Under the pieces are notes generated by a model that saw only the letters and a list, made by a program, of their open reading frames with translations, was not told where the DNA came from and did not search any database. DNA of 32,953 nt, from positions 1 to 32,953 of IMG/VR virus record IMGVR_UViG_3300005077_000088; one strand, given 5' to 3'. The position numbers and the translations under genes are program-made. How positions within the stretch are numbered: position 1 is the stretch's first letter; each line of letters begins with the position of its first letter. This DNA is from a virus (Duplodnaviria > Caudoviricetes). Below, piece after piece: positions 17,477 through 25,780 of this stretch.

Positions 17477-18664
17477 ATGTACAACAATCCCCATCTTAAG
17501 AACAGCGTCTATCCCACTATTGCCCAAATTAAGCGCTATCTGCGCAGCGCCAATGAAACCGACCGCAGCGTCCGGGATGTGCGCCCGCTTATGTCCTTTC
17601 TGCAGCGTCTGGCCGCAGATCAGTATTTTTACGGCCTTATTCAGACACGCCGCCTGGCCATCACCGGCTATCCCTGGGAACTGACATGGCCCAAAGATTT
17701 TCAGCCATCCAAAGATGATGAGAAGCGGTTGGTGGCTATGCACGACCGCTTTGTAAACTGCAATGCCGCGCGTCTGTTCGATATCGCCATTAACGGCATC
17801 CTGTTTGGGCTCGGCGGAGCGCGTTTAGTCTGGAAAAACGTTAAAGGCGAGAGTCTGTTGGAATTCATAAATCCATACGATCTCACCGAGCTGGATATCG
17901 ACAGCAGCCAGAATATCTTTTATTTCCTGGAAGACCGCGGCGGTCAGGTTCAGTATCAGGATCTCGATCCGGAAGTCAATTTCCTGATTCATTACAATCC
18001 GCTTTACGGCATCAGCAATAATTTTGTGGGCAGCGTGGCCCGCATCAATTCCATTTACGTGGTGCTTAAATATTTTTCCCGTTTCGACTGGTCCAAGTTT
18101 AACGAGAAGTTTGGCCAGCCGCTTATTTTCGGGCAATATGGCCTGGGCGCCGATCCCAATGATGTAGCTGCCTTACTGGCCGATCTCGAAAAGCTGGGCA
18201 GCGACGGTTACGCCGCCATTCCGGAGAACGTTAAGCTCTCCCTGCTGGAAGCGATGAAGTCCGGATCCGTCGATACCTATAACGGATTCATCAGCACGGT
18301 TAACAGTGAAATGGCTATATCCGTGCTGGGTCAAAACCTCACCACCCAAGTTGAGGAAGGCAGCCGCGCCGCCGCTCAGGTACACAACCAGGTGCGCAGC
18401 GATATTCTCTTTGCCGATCTGCTGTTTGTAGAACAGGCCGTAAACGCCCAGTACATGCAGCGCGACTACCGCCTTAATTACAGCGGGGGAGGCGTTGCGC
18501 CTGTGTTTCGCTTTATTACCGACGAAGCGGAAGATTATGAAAAGAACGCCCGCATCTTAAGCGAAGTAAAGAGCATCCAGGGCGCAGAAATCCCGCTCCG
18601 TAAAAACGAAGTCTATGATAAAATCGGCTATTCCATACCCGATGAAGGTGAAGAAGTTATTTAG
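17477..18664 (+). CDS. Portal protein, Mu gp29/DUF935-like
   Basis: DWSKFNEKFGQP..FGQY, EMAISVLGQNLTT...GSRAAAQVHNQVR motifs. Confidence 0.9.
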   Translation: MYNNPHLKNSVYPTIAQIKRYLRSANETDRSVRDVRPLMSFLQRLAADQYFYGLIQTRRLAITGYPWELTWPKDFQPSKDDEKRLVAMHDRFVNCNAARLFDIAINGILFGLGGARLVWKNVKGESLLEFINPYDLTELDIDSSQNIFYFLEDRGGQVQYQDLDPEVNFLIHYNPLYGISNNFVGSVARINSIYVVLKYFSRFDWSKFNEKFGQPLIFGQYGLGADPNDVAALLADLEKLGSDGYAAIPENVKLSLLEAMKSGSVDTYNGFISTVNSEMAISVLGQNLTTQVEEGSRAAAQVHNQVRSDILFADLLFVEQAVNAQYMQRDYRLNYSGGGVAPVFRFITDEAEDYEKNARILSEVKSIQGAEIPLRKNEVYDKIGYSIPDEGEEVI

Positions 18665-18739
18665 GGAACGTTAAAAGTTCAGCTGAAGAAGAAGCTCAAT
18701 CAACGGACAACGCATCACGAATAACGAACAACAAAAACT

Positions 18740-19324
18740 ATGGCCGATCCAAATACCATTATACCCGCCATTCAAAAAGACCTGGATAACCTGGTCGAGA
18801 ACGTTCTGTTGAAACGACTGGCCAATGGCGCCATTGCCCTGATCCGCAAACGTACTCTGCAGGGCGAATTTATCGCAGGTGATCATGATTATTCTACTAA
18901 GCCTTTTGCCATGCCCGTCGGCGGATTAACAAAGATGTTGCAAAACCGCATTATCGCAACGGCAAAAGGCGGCAGGGGCCGCGCCCCTGATCCCAATTTC
19001 CAGCTCTTCACTTCCAAAAGCGGCCATATATGGGTAGTAGTCAAACAGGGATATAAAAAGATCAGGGAACTGGCCGGTAAACAGAGCGACCATGTAACCA
19101 TGACCTGGACCGGCCGCATGATGCGCAATATGGGGATTGTGAATATTGACCATAGCCGGGCGGAAATCGGCTTTACCAGCGGCGAAGAAGAACAGAAAGC
19201 CGTCTGGCATAATCTGCTCGGCGCCGGTAAAAGCCGCCGCATTCACAAGTTTATGTACCTCACCGAAAGAGAGATTGAAGACCTTTTAAAAGAGAGTTTA
19301 AAAGATATTTCGATACGCACTTAA
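18740..19324 (+). CDS. Virion morphogenesis protein, Mu gpG-like
   Basis: TWTGRMMRNM...AEIGF....KAVWHN..G....R.HKFMYL. Confidence 0.7.
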   Translation: MADPNTIIPAIQKDLDNLVENVLLKRLANGAIALIRKRTLQGEFIAGDHDYSTKPFAMPVGGLTKMLQNRIIATAKGGRGRAPDPNFQLFTSKSGHIWVVVKQGYKKIRELAGKQSDHVTMTWTGRMMRNMGIVNIDHSRAEIGFTSGEEEQKAVWHNLLGAGKSRRIHKFMYLTEREIEDLLKESLKDISIRT

Positions 19325-19353
19325 CATAAAATTATAGCGTCTTTGTATCCATT

Positions 19354-19380
19354 GCCGCTCTGTAGCGGCTTTAATCTTTT
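19354..19380 (+). terminator. Probable intrinsic terminator of the rightward late operon
   Basis: GCCGCT-CTGT-AGCGGC hairpin followed by TTTAATCTTTT. Confidence 0.55.
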
Positions 19381-19389
19381 ATCTCCCCC

Positions 19390-19418
19390 TTGCCTTGGTT
19401 TGATCTGTTTCGTAATAT
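19390..19418 (+). promoter_or_regulatory. Putative sigma70 promoter for the methyltransferase
   Basis: TTGCCT-17 nt-TAATAT. Confidence 0.4.
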
Positions 19419-19466
19419 CCTTGCCATTAAAATCCATCTGGCGGGCTTGTCCGTCTTAGGCGGGGC

Positions 19467-21020
19467 ATGGATCAACAATACCAAAACAAATTATATTATG
19501 GTGATAATCTAACCATTCTGCAGGATCATATTGCATCAGAAAGCATTGATTTGATTTATCTTGACCCGCCGTTTAACAGCAAACGGGATTACAATCTGCT
19601 TTTTAAAACTCCTAAAGGACATGAGTCCGATGCTCAGATAACTGCCTTTGAAGATACCTGGCACTGGGGTGAACAGGCCGAACGCGAATTCACCGGGCTT
19701 TTTAAACAAGCCAATACGGCTGTGGCTGAAATGATAAATTCCCTGCGCCGCTTTTTAAAAGAAAGCGACATGATGGCTTATCTGGTTATGATGGCCAACC
19801 GCCTGCTGGAAATGCACCGGGTTTTAAAACCAACCGGCAGCCTGTACTTGCATTGTGATCCGACATCCAGCCATTATCTAAAAATCGTTCTGGATACTAT
19901 TTTTTGTGCAGAGAATTTCAGAAATGAGTTGATTTGGAAACGAGCGACGTCAGGAAGTAGTAAGGCTGTAGCCCAAAGATTTGGTTCAGATCACGATGTT
20001 ATTTTGTATTTTTCAAAGAATTCTAATGTTATGTTTAACAAAATATATCTGCCCTATCCAGCATACGAAATAGAAAAGAGATTTAAACGCAGTGATGATC
20101 ATGGCAGATACAAAGACGCAGAATTAGCAACATACTCTGCCGATACTCTTGAAAAACTCAAGGCTGAAGGAAAGTTAATCATCAATCCAAGCGGTAAATA
20201 TCGCTATAAAATTTACTTGGATGAAATAAAAGGCGTATTAGCTGATGATGTTTGGACTGACATATTTCCAATAAATTCTCAGGCGCAAGAACGTCTTGGT
20301 TATCCAACTCAAAAACCGCTTGCCTTATTGGAGCGCATTATCCAGGCCAGCAGCAATCCCGGCGATATCGTGATGGATCCATTTTGTGGCTGCGGTACAG
20401 CCGTTCACGCCGCCCAGAAACTTAACCGCCGCTGGATAGGCATCGATATTACCCACCTGGCAATAAGTCTTATTGAAAAACGCATGAAGGATGCTTTTAG
20501 CAATATCAGCTTTGAAGTTCACGGCACGCCCAGGGATTTTGACGGGGCGAAAAACCTGGCTGAACGGGATAAATATCAGTTTCAATGGTGGGCCTGCTCC
20601 CTGGTCAATGCCCAGCCTTACCAGGGCAAAAAGAAAGGTGCGGATAGCGGTATTGATGGTTTGGTTTTTTTTCAGGATACTGCTAATGAAGCAAAAAAAG
20701 TTATCGTATCGGTCAAAGGCGGAACGCACGTTAATGTAACAATGGTCAAGGATTTAATTGCCACCGTTGAACGGGAAAAGGCTGCCATTGGCCTATTTAT
20801 AACACTTGCAGAACCAACCCGGCCTATGACAAAAGAAGCTGTAAGCGCCGGTTTTTACCACTCCGAAGGGTGGAATAAAGATTTCCCCAAAATACAGATT
20901 TTAACTGTTGAAAACCTAATGTCGGGCGCGTCTGCGCAATTACCACCTGCGAATATCACCTTTAAAAAGGCGGAAAAAAATTTAACTGAAGGCGGAAAAC
21001 AAAAGATTATTGAATTTTAA
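19467..21020 (+). CDS. Beta-class N6A/N4C DNA methyltransferase with C-terminal Mrr-like PD-(D/E)XK domain (517 aa)
   Basis: LIYLDPPF (motif IV), GYPTQKP, MDPFCGCGT (motif I); C-terminal GADSGIDG...VSVKGG. Confidence 0.9.
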   Translation: MDQQYQNKLYYGDNLTILQDHIASESIDLIYLDPPFNSKRDYNLLFKTPKGHESDAQITAFEDTWHWGEQAEREFTGLFKQANTAVAEMINSLRRFLKESDMMAYLVMMANRLLEMHRVLKPTGSLYLHCDPTSSHYLKIVLDTIFCAENFRNELIWKRATSGSSKAVAQRFGSDHDVILYFSKNSNVMFNKIYLPYPAYEIEKRFKRSDDHGRYKDAELATYSADTLEKLKAEGKLIINPSGKYRYKIYLDEIKGVLADDVWTDIFPINSQAQERLGYPTQKPLALLERIIQASSNPGDIVMDPFCGCGTAVHAAQKLNRRWIGIDITHLAISLIEKRMKDAFSNISFEVHGTPRDFDGAKNLAERDKYQFQWWACSLVNAQPYQGKKKGADSGIDGLVFFQDTANEAKKVIVSVKGGTHVNVTMVKDLIATVEREKAAIGLFITLAEPTRPMTKEAVSAGFYHSEGWNKDFPKIQILTVENLMSGASAQLPPANITFKKAEKNLTEGGKQKIIEF

Positions 21021-21079
21021 AGTAACTTATTCTTGAATTCTACTAAAGCGGACATTTATATATCAATTTTTTATAAAGG

Positions 21080-21925
21080 ATGCGAATAATGATCGAATTT
21101 CAACTTTTTCGAATAAAAGTGTATCCTGTGCACCAACGTAATTTGTTTATTAATGATATGACACGTCCTGAGATTCTTAAATCTGTAATACAATCTTTAC
21201 CTGAATTTGAATTAAGAACAGGTTCAGTGTGGCATATTGGAAATATCTCAAATATTGATCAAAATGCTTTATATTTTAGACTTGGTAGAACTACAACATC
21301 CACTGTGGAATTGTACCAGGATCATAACTTTTTAGAACGTCCATTTGAATTAGCACCATATACTCATGTGATTTTTGATATTGAATTAGAGATCGCGGCA
21401 ATAGCGAATAAAAGTAGGCTTTCTCCAAAAGTTAGAGGCATTGCTAATTCATTTGTTGAACTGTTGAACAAATCACAAGAAGCAGTGAGGATTAATGCTT
21501 CTTTTGAGGTCGGTGAAATATATGACCCACAAACATTTATTGAGCAATTACATGTTGCACATGCAATCTCCAAATTTTGGGTTACTTTTTCAAGACCAAA
21601 TCCCTGGGACATCGATCAGGAATTCGTAGCTCCGATGCAAAACTACTTGACCCAAACTAATGCAAAGGAAGGAAAAACTGAAATAAAAGGAGAAATACTT
21701 AATCCTGAACGTTTACAAGAAATTAGTCGTTCAGCAGCCGCTACAGGAAATAATGCTGGTGCGGTCTTACAATTAACATCAGATGGTCAGAAAATTAAAA
21801 AAAATTTGAGACAAAATCCTATTTTAATCCAACAAGAAAATATAGCAGACCAGGACGATAAAAGAACATTATTAGACCGAATTCGTAATTTGTATCAAAG
21901 AATTCGTGGGAGGAATGTTAATTGA
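21080..21925 (+). CDS. AT-rich soluble moron protein (281 aa), DUF4747/RexA-like candidate
   Basis: AT-rich gene overlapping a multi-TM partner; FRLGR and VTFSRPNP segments. Family call tentative. Confidence 0.5.
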   Translation: MRIMIEFQLFRIKVYPVHQRNLFINDMTRPEILKSVIQSLPEFELRTGSVWHIGNISNIDQNALYFRLGRTTTSTVELYQDHNFLERPFELAPYTHVIFDIELEIAAIANKSRLSPKVRGIANSFVELLNKSQEAVRINASFEVGEIYDPQTFIEQLHVAHAISKFWVTFSRPNPWDIDQEFVAPMQNYLTQTNAKEGKTEIKGEILNPERLQEISRSAAATGNNAGAVLQLTSDGQKIKKNLRQNPILIQQENIADQDDKRTLLDRIRNLYQRIRGRNVN

Positions 21926-22509
21926 TCGAAAAAACAGATTTTATGAAATTTTGGACCTGGTTTTTTAAAGGAAGTGGAAACCGTTCAGGATTTAGAAAGT
22001 TATTCGATAGATGGTTTTTCTTTCATGTCATTATTGGATTTATATTTTCATGTTTTATACCAGTTGATTTGAACACCGCAGCGAATTCAGTATTATTACC
22101 CCTTGTCGGGATTTTAGTTGGATTAACATTTGCATGGGCAGGAAATGCGCAAGCTCTGTTGCAATCTCCAGAGATTAGTGAATTTGCAGAATATAGTAAA
22201 GGCGGCTTTGTTGATTATGTCTTCACTTATCAGTTAGCAATACTTGTAATTTTAATAACCATTGTAATTTGGGCTTTGGCAGGTCTTGAAGTATTTGATA
22301 AAGTGTGGCCAAAAGATCGTTATAGCACCGAATATTTTATAACATCACTTATTTTATATTTAATATTAAGTTTAACACTGAGAGAATGTTGGCATGTGGT
22401 TCTTGGTGCTCAATTCATGATAATGGCTCAAAGAAAAATTAAAAAGTTAAAGTATATCAAGAAAAACAAATTAAGGATGCCTTATGGAAGAAAATCGAGT
22501 CGAAATTAA
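21922..22509 (+). CDS. AT-rich 4-TM membrane protein (195 aa)
   Basis: Four hydrophobic helices; TTG start overlapping the upstream stop; basic C-terminus. Confidence 0.75.
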   Translation: MIEKTDFMKFWTWFFKGSGNRSGFRKLFDRWFFFHVIIGFIFSCFIPVDLNTAANSVLLPLVGILVGLTFAWAGNAQALLQSPEISEFAEYSKGGFVDYVFTYQLAILVILITIVIWALAGLEVFDKVWPKDRYSTEYFITSLILYLILSLTLRECWHVVLGAQFMIMAQRKIKKLKYIKKNKLRMPYGRKSSRN

Positions 22510-22537
22510 ACTGGATGCTATGTGTCAATTTAATCGT

Positions 22538-22687
22538 TCAATCCAGCCCAAAGCTCAGCATTAACAATATGGTGCACATCATCAGCGTCGGTATATCGCC
22601 GAACCATATGGCCAGTATTCCGCCGACAAACAAAAGGAAACGCGCCATCCACAGGCAGATCAGCAAAAACAGGATCAGGTCTCTCAA
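22538..22687 (-). CDS. 49-aa two-TM membrane peptide (not in the ORF track)
   Basis: TTG start overlapping the upstream TGA, GGAGGA RBS; MRDLILFLLICLWMARFLLFVGGILAIWFGDIPTLMMCTILLMLSFGLD. Confidence 0.65.
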   Translation of the reverse strand: MRDLILFLLICLWMARFLLFVGGILAIWFGDIPTLMMCTILLMLSFGLD

Positions 22688-22878
22688 AGCAGGTCCTCCG
22701 GATTCACTTCGCTCTTAACTACTTTTACAATACGAACCTCCGTATATTCAACACTTAGTGGGTTGAGCAGATAGTCTTTGGCCTGTTGCAGTGTGTCGCA
22801 TAACGCCAGTACATTCCACTGTCCCAGTCTTTTCGCCTCCACCCAGTACCGCGTAATTAATATTTTTTCCTTTTTCAT
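22684..22878 (-). CDS. Hypothetical protein (64 aa)
   Basis: Tightly packed in the leftward operon with an AGGA RBS. Confidence 0.65.
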   Translation of the reverse strand: MKKEKILITRYWVEAKRLGQWNVLALCDTLQQAKDYLLNPLSVEYTEVRIVKVVKSEVNPEDLL

Positions 22879-22881
22879 CTT

Positions 22882-23157
22882 TCATTCCTTCCTCTCGAAT
22901 AGGATCTCGTTTTCCTGTTCCGGATGCTTTCTAACATGGATAAATTGATCCGTTAAAATATCCACCGGAATGCCATCCTCACCCGGGAATGCCTTGCAAT
23001 AAATTGTGCCGGTATAATGTCTGCAATTCTCACATTGGCCGGCCCCAAACATATCCACACCATATTTTTTAGTTAATATTGCCCAGGCTGGTGTTACTTC
23101 CCCCGGTTTTTCATTTTTATCTTTTGCAGGCAATTTTTTATAATCCGATAAAGCCAT
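22882..23157 (-). CDS. Small Cys/His protein (CxxCxH...CKAFP..GIP..I...H), candidate immunity protein
   Basis: TAATG overlap with the MuF-like gene; clustered potential metal ligands. Confidence 0.6.
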   Translation of the reverse strand: MALSDYKKLPAKDKNEKPGEVTPAWAILTKKYGVDMFGAGQCENCRHYTGTIYCKAFPGEDGIPVDILTDQFIHVRKHPEQENEILFERKE

Positions 23158-24344
23158 TATTTATCCTTTCTAAGTCTCATAAATATAATATCCGGACGAC
23201 CAAAACGTTCATAATTCCACCCTTCCGGTGCATAACGGTCGTCCCATTTTACACGCTTATATTCATCGAAACCAAATTTACGGTAAAATCCCGGCAGATT
23301 GGTATCAAAACAATCCAGGGTTTCCGCGCCGTTCTTTATCGCATCGATAACAGTAGCAGGGCCCTGGTGTGCGCCTGTGGCCGAAAATACATTAATTAAA
23401 TCCTTATCTCTTGTAAGTCCATAGCCGCTTTTTTCATTATCGGAAAGATAGAAACTTACACCTAAATTGGCTAATTCTTCTTCATTATAAAAAGATATCA
23501 TTTTTTGTAAATCCGACGGCAGCCCCTTACTAATAGATATGTAGAACTTGTCAGGATTTACCTTAATAAAGTTCACAGCATTCTGTTTTCCGCTCTGTAT
23601 TTTGATATTTTTTATTTGAGATTTATCCTCTCCCACCACCGGCGTCCACCAATGGGTGCAGTTAAACCCGCCGCAGCTCGTCTTTACGGAGAGTCCCTGC
23701 CCGTTATTCAGCAGGGCAATCTGCTTTTCAGTGTATACATTTCCAAGGTGTTTTTTGCAGAATGGCCGGCTGTTGGGATGCAGTACTCCGTCATATTTAT
23801 ATGCGGTTATGCCCGCTGCCTGAGCGTTCTCAAACATATAGGCATTATCGAACATAGCCACCGATGTATTGGCCAGGGTAGCCGCGTCCGGAACAGAGCG
23901 CTTGATCAGCCGCCGGCGCAGGGTTTCAAAACCATAGTCGGCCCGGGCCGCCCGCTGCATTTCTTCCATCAGGATCCGGCGGTGTTTTTTATTGATCTGG
24001 TCGAAATCCCATTTTATCCCGTATGCTGCCAATATTTTCTCGTAATCCCCATCCTGTAAGGGCACAACATTTTGTGCCCCTGCAAAATAATTATCCCATA
24101 CCTCGCCGATTTGCCGCATGGTATCTTTTACCAGGATATTCATCCGGATTTGTTCCTGGGCCGGAAATTTAAAATGCTTCAGGACTATAGATGCCAGCTC
24201 ATCCATATCCTGGATATTATATTTCTGTTTAAGGTAAATAATCTCCCGGATAATGGCTTTTTTATAAGCCTCTAAATCAGCGTTAAACTGCTTTTCAAAA
24301 TCGCTTTTAATAGTTAATATTTTGGATCGGTAGTTGGCTAACAT
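23157..24344 (-). CDS. MuF/minor-capsid-like protein with C-terminal GNAT-like domain (395 aa)
   Basis: YKYDG.....SRPFC...G.VYT and CGGFNCTHWWTPV MuF-type motifs; C-terminal GAETLDCFDTNLPGFYRKFGF acetyltransferase-like motif. Confidence 0.75.
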   Translation of the reverse strand: MLANYRSKILTIKSDFEKQFNADLEAYKKAIIREIIYLKQKYNIQDMDELASIVLKHFKFPAQEQIRMNILVKDTMRQIGEVWDNYFAGAQNVVPLQDGDYEKILAAYGIKWDFDQINKKHRRILMEEMQRAARADYGFETLRRRLIKRSVPDAATLANTSVAMFDNAYMFENAQAAGITAYKYDGVLHPNSRPFCKKHLGNVYTEKQIALLNNGQGLSVKTSCGGFNCTHWWTPVVGEDKSQIKNIKIQSGKQNAVNFIKVNPDKFYISISKGLPSDLQKMISFYNEEELANLGVSFYLSDNEKSGYGLTRDKDLINVFSATGAHQGPATVIDAIKNGAETLDCFDTNLPGFYRKFGFDEYKRVKWDDRYAPEGWNYERFGRPDIIFMRLRKDK

Positions 24345-24350
24345 AATTTC

Positions 24351-24632
24351 TTATTTTCTTTTTTCATTTTTCATTGCTGTCACCCCGAGTCCCGATTCGG
24401 TCGGGAAGGGGTCAGCTTCAAACATATCTGTTTGTTTGGTCAATAAAAGCCGTTTCAGATACCGTTCTCCCGTAGGCCGTGCGATAACCTCCGCAATCTC
24501 TCCGCAATTACCGCAACGATAGCCATAGCGCCGCGACCGCATATAAAAATGATCGTCGCCATGATAAAATCCGCTCGGTTCTTTCCCTTTCGGAACATCC
24601 CTGTAATCCTTACCGCAAAATGGACAAATCAC
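24351..24632 (-). CDS. Zn-ribbon hypothetical protein (93 aa)
   Basis: CPFC...CGNC; contains an in-frame palindrome at 24379-24413. Confidence 0.65.
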   Translation of the reverse strand: MICPFCGKDYRDVPKGKEPSGFYHGDDHFYMRSRRYGYRCGNCGEIAEVIARPTGERYLKRLLLTKQTDMFEADPFPTESGLGVTAMKNEKRK

Positions 24633-24647
24633 TTAACCTCCCGATTT

Positions 24648-24718
24648 TCACCCTCCCCCAGCCCCTCCCTGTGCTTGCCCGCCTATGGCGTGGTACAGGG
24701 AGGGGAGCAAGGGGTGGA
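24648..24718. repeat. REP-like palindrome, family A copy 6, with a nested family C motif
   Basis: CCCCTCCCTGT ... ACAGGGAGGGG arms enclosing GCTTGCCCGCCTATGGCG. Confidence 0.75.
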
Positions 24719-25174
24719 TTATTTTTTATTTTCTTTTGGCCCAATCGCCTCTATCCCCCGGATTACACAGCTAACTTGTCTGCGCGGCAGCCATTCCAGC
24801 CGGTCAACTTTGACGATACGCCTTAAGAAGCTGTTCAGAGAAGCCGGCGTTTTTACCCGCACATGCGGATGGTTGTACCACAGATGCCTGATCAGTCCGA
24901 TCTGTTTAGGCGTGGCGTAGTAATCGCATATCGCCGGGTTAAATCTGGCCTTGTTTTTCCCGTTGCTCAAAACCGGATGCCCGCCTTCTTTAGCTGGTTC
25001 GTGTTTAAAGCCCAGCGACTCAAAAAACTGCATCAGCTCCTGTACCTGGGAAGTGTTAAGATCTTTGCTGGACTCCACCCCAAATCCGGAAAGCATAGCC
25101 CGGTAATCTTCTTCCTTAATACCGAGCCTGGTTTTCGCCGTGTGGATTAAAGCCGTTTGACGTTTATTAGCCAT
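24719..25174 (-). CDS. gemA: Mu GemA/gp16-like regulatory protein (DUF1018)
   Basis: LIHTAKTRLGIKEEDYRAML..GVESSKDL...GF and ATPKQIGLIRHLW...LNSFLRR. Confidence 0.85.
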   Translation of the reverse strand: MANKRQTALIHTAKTRLGIKEEDYRAMLSGFGVESSKDLNTSQVQELMQFFESLGFKHEPAKEGGHPVLSNGKNKARFNPAICDYYATPKQIGLIRHLWYNHPHVRVKTPASLNSFLRRIVKVDRLEWLPRRQVSCVIRGIEAIGPKENKK

Positions 25175-25196
25175 GTTTTTCCATTTTTTTTATTTT

Positions 25197-25760
25197 TTAT
25201 TTTGTATTTTTTATTAAATCTACCCACATATTCAGGAATTCATTTTTAGCGGTTCTCGGGTCCCAGGGATGTATCCGGAACGTAAGCGGAAGGCCAATGG
25301 TCGGTAATGCCCATTTAACCTTGTCACCAAGCAGCGCCTGCTTTTCGCTGTGCAAAAGGCAGACGTCAACCGTTTTCACCGCATCGCGCATATCTTCGGT
25401 ATAAAATGCATGTACCCCGGCCCAGCTATAAATGCGGTTCAGAAGATTGTATTCCGCGATCTGGATCACCGGCATGTGGTCTTTGATCGGCTTAACGATA
25501 TCGCCAAGATAGGCTTCAGCCGCGTCATGCAGCAGGGCAATAAGAATCTGTCCGGGTTTATAATGGCTGTGTTGGAAATACTTCGCCATTAATACACTAT
25601 GCTGCGCCACGCTGTAAAAGGCTTTGGTATGGCCGTTAAACCGGCATTGCTGTGACAGACTGTGCGCAATATCCTGGATATTGAAATTATTTTCTTCCTG
25701 CCGGAAGGGGAAAAACCGGATCCCGCTGTTGGTCTCAATCCAAATCTCGCCTAATTGCAT
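25197..25760 (-). CDS. HD-domain phosphohydrolase (YfbR-like deoxynucleotidase family)
   Basis: DIAHSLS..CRFNGH...YSVAQHSV and ALLHDAAEAYLGD. Confidence 0.9.
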   Translation of the reverse strand: MQLGEIWIETNSGIRFFPFRQEENNFNIQDIAHSLSQQCRFNGHTKAFYSVAQHSVLMAKYFQHSHYKPGQILIALLHDAAEAYLGDIVKPIKDHMPVIQIAEYNLLNRIYSWAGVHAFYTEDMRDAVKTVDVCLLHSEKQALLGDKVKWALPTIGLPLTFRIHPWDPRTAKNEFLNMWVDLIKNTK

Positions 25761-25780
25761 AAAACGCCTTTCTCATATTT

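Noticed and set aside
21080-22509. Firm call as Kiwa (KwaAB)
   Set aside because: Gene order is reversed relative to kwaA-kwaB and I cannot confirm DUF4868 similarity by eye; kept only as a generic soluble + 4-TM candidate.
25197-25760. DatZ-type dATPase implying a 2-aminoadenine (Z) genome
   Set aside because: No PurZ, MazZ or polymerase in the window; YfbR-like HD proteins are common in temperate phages.
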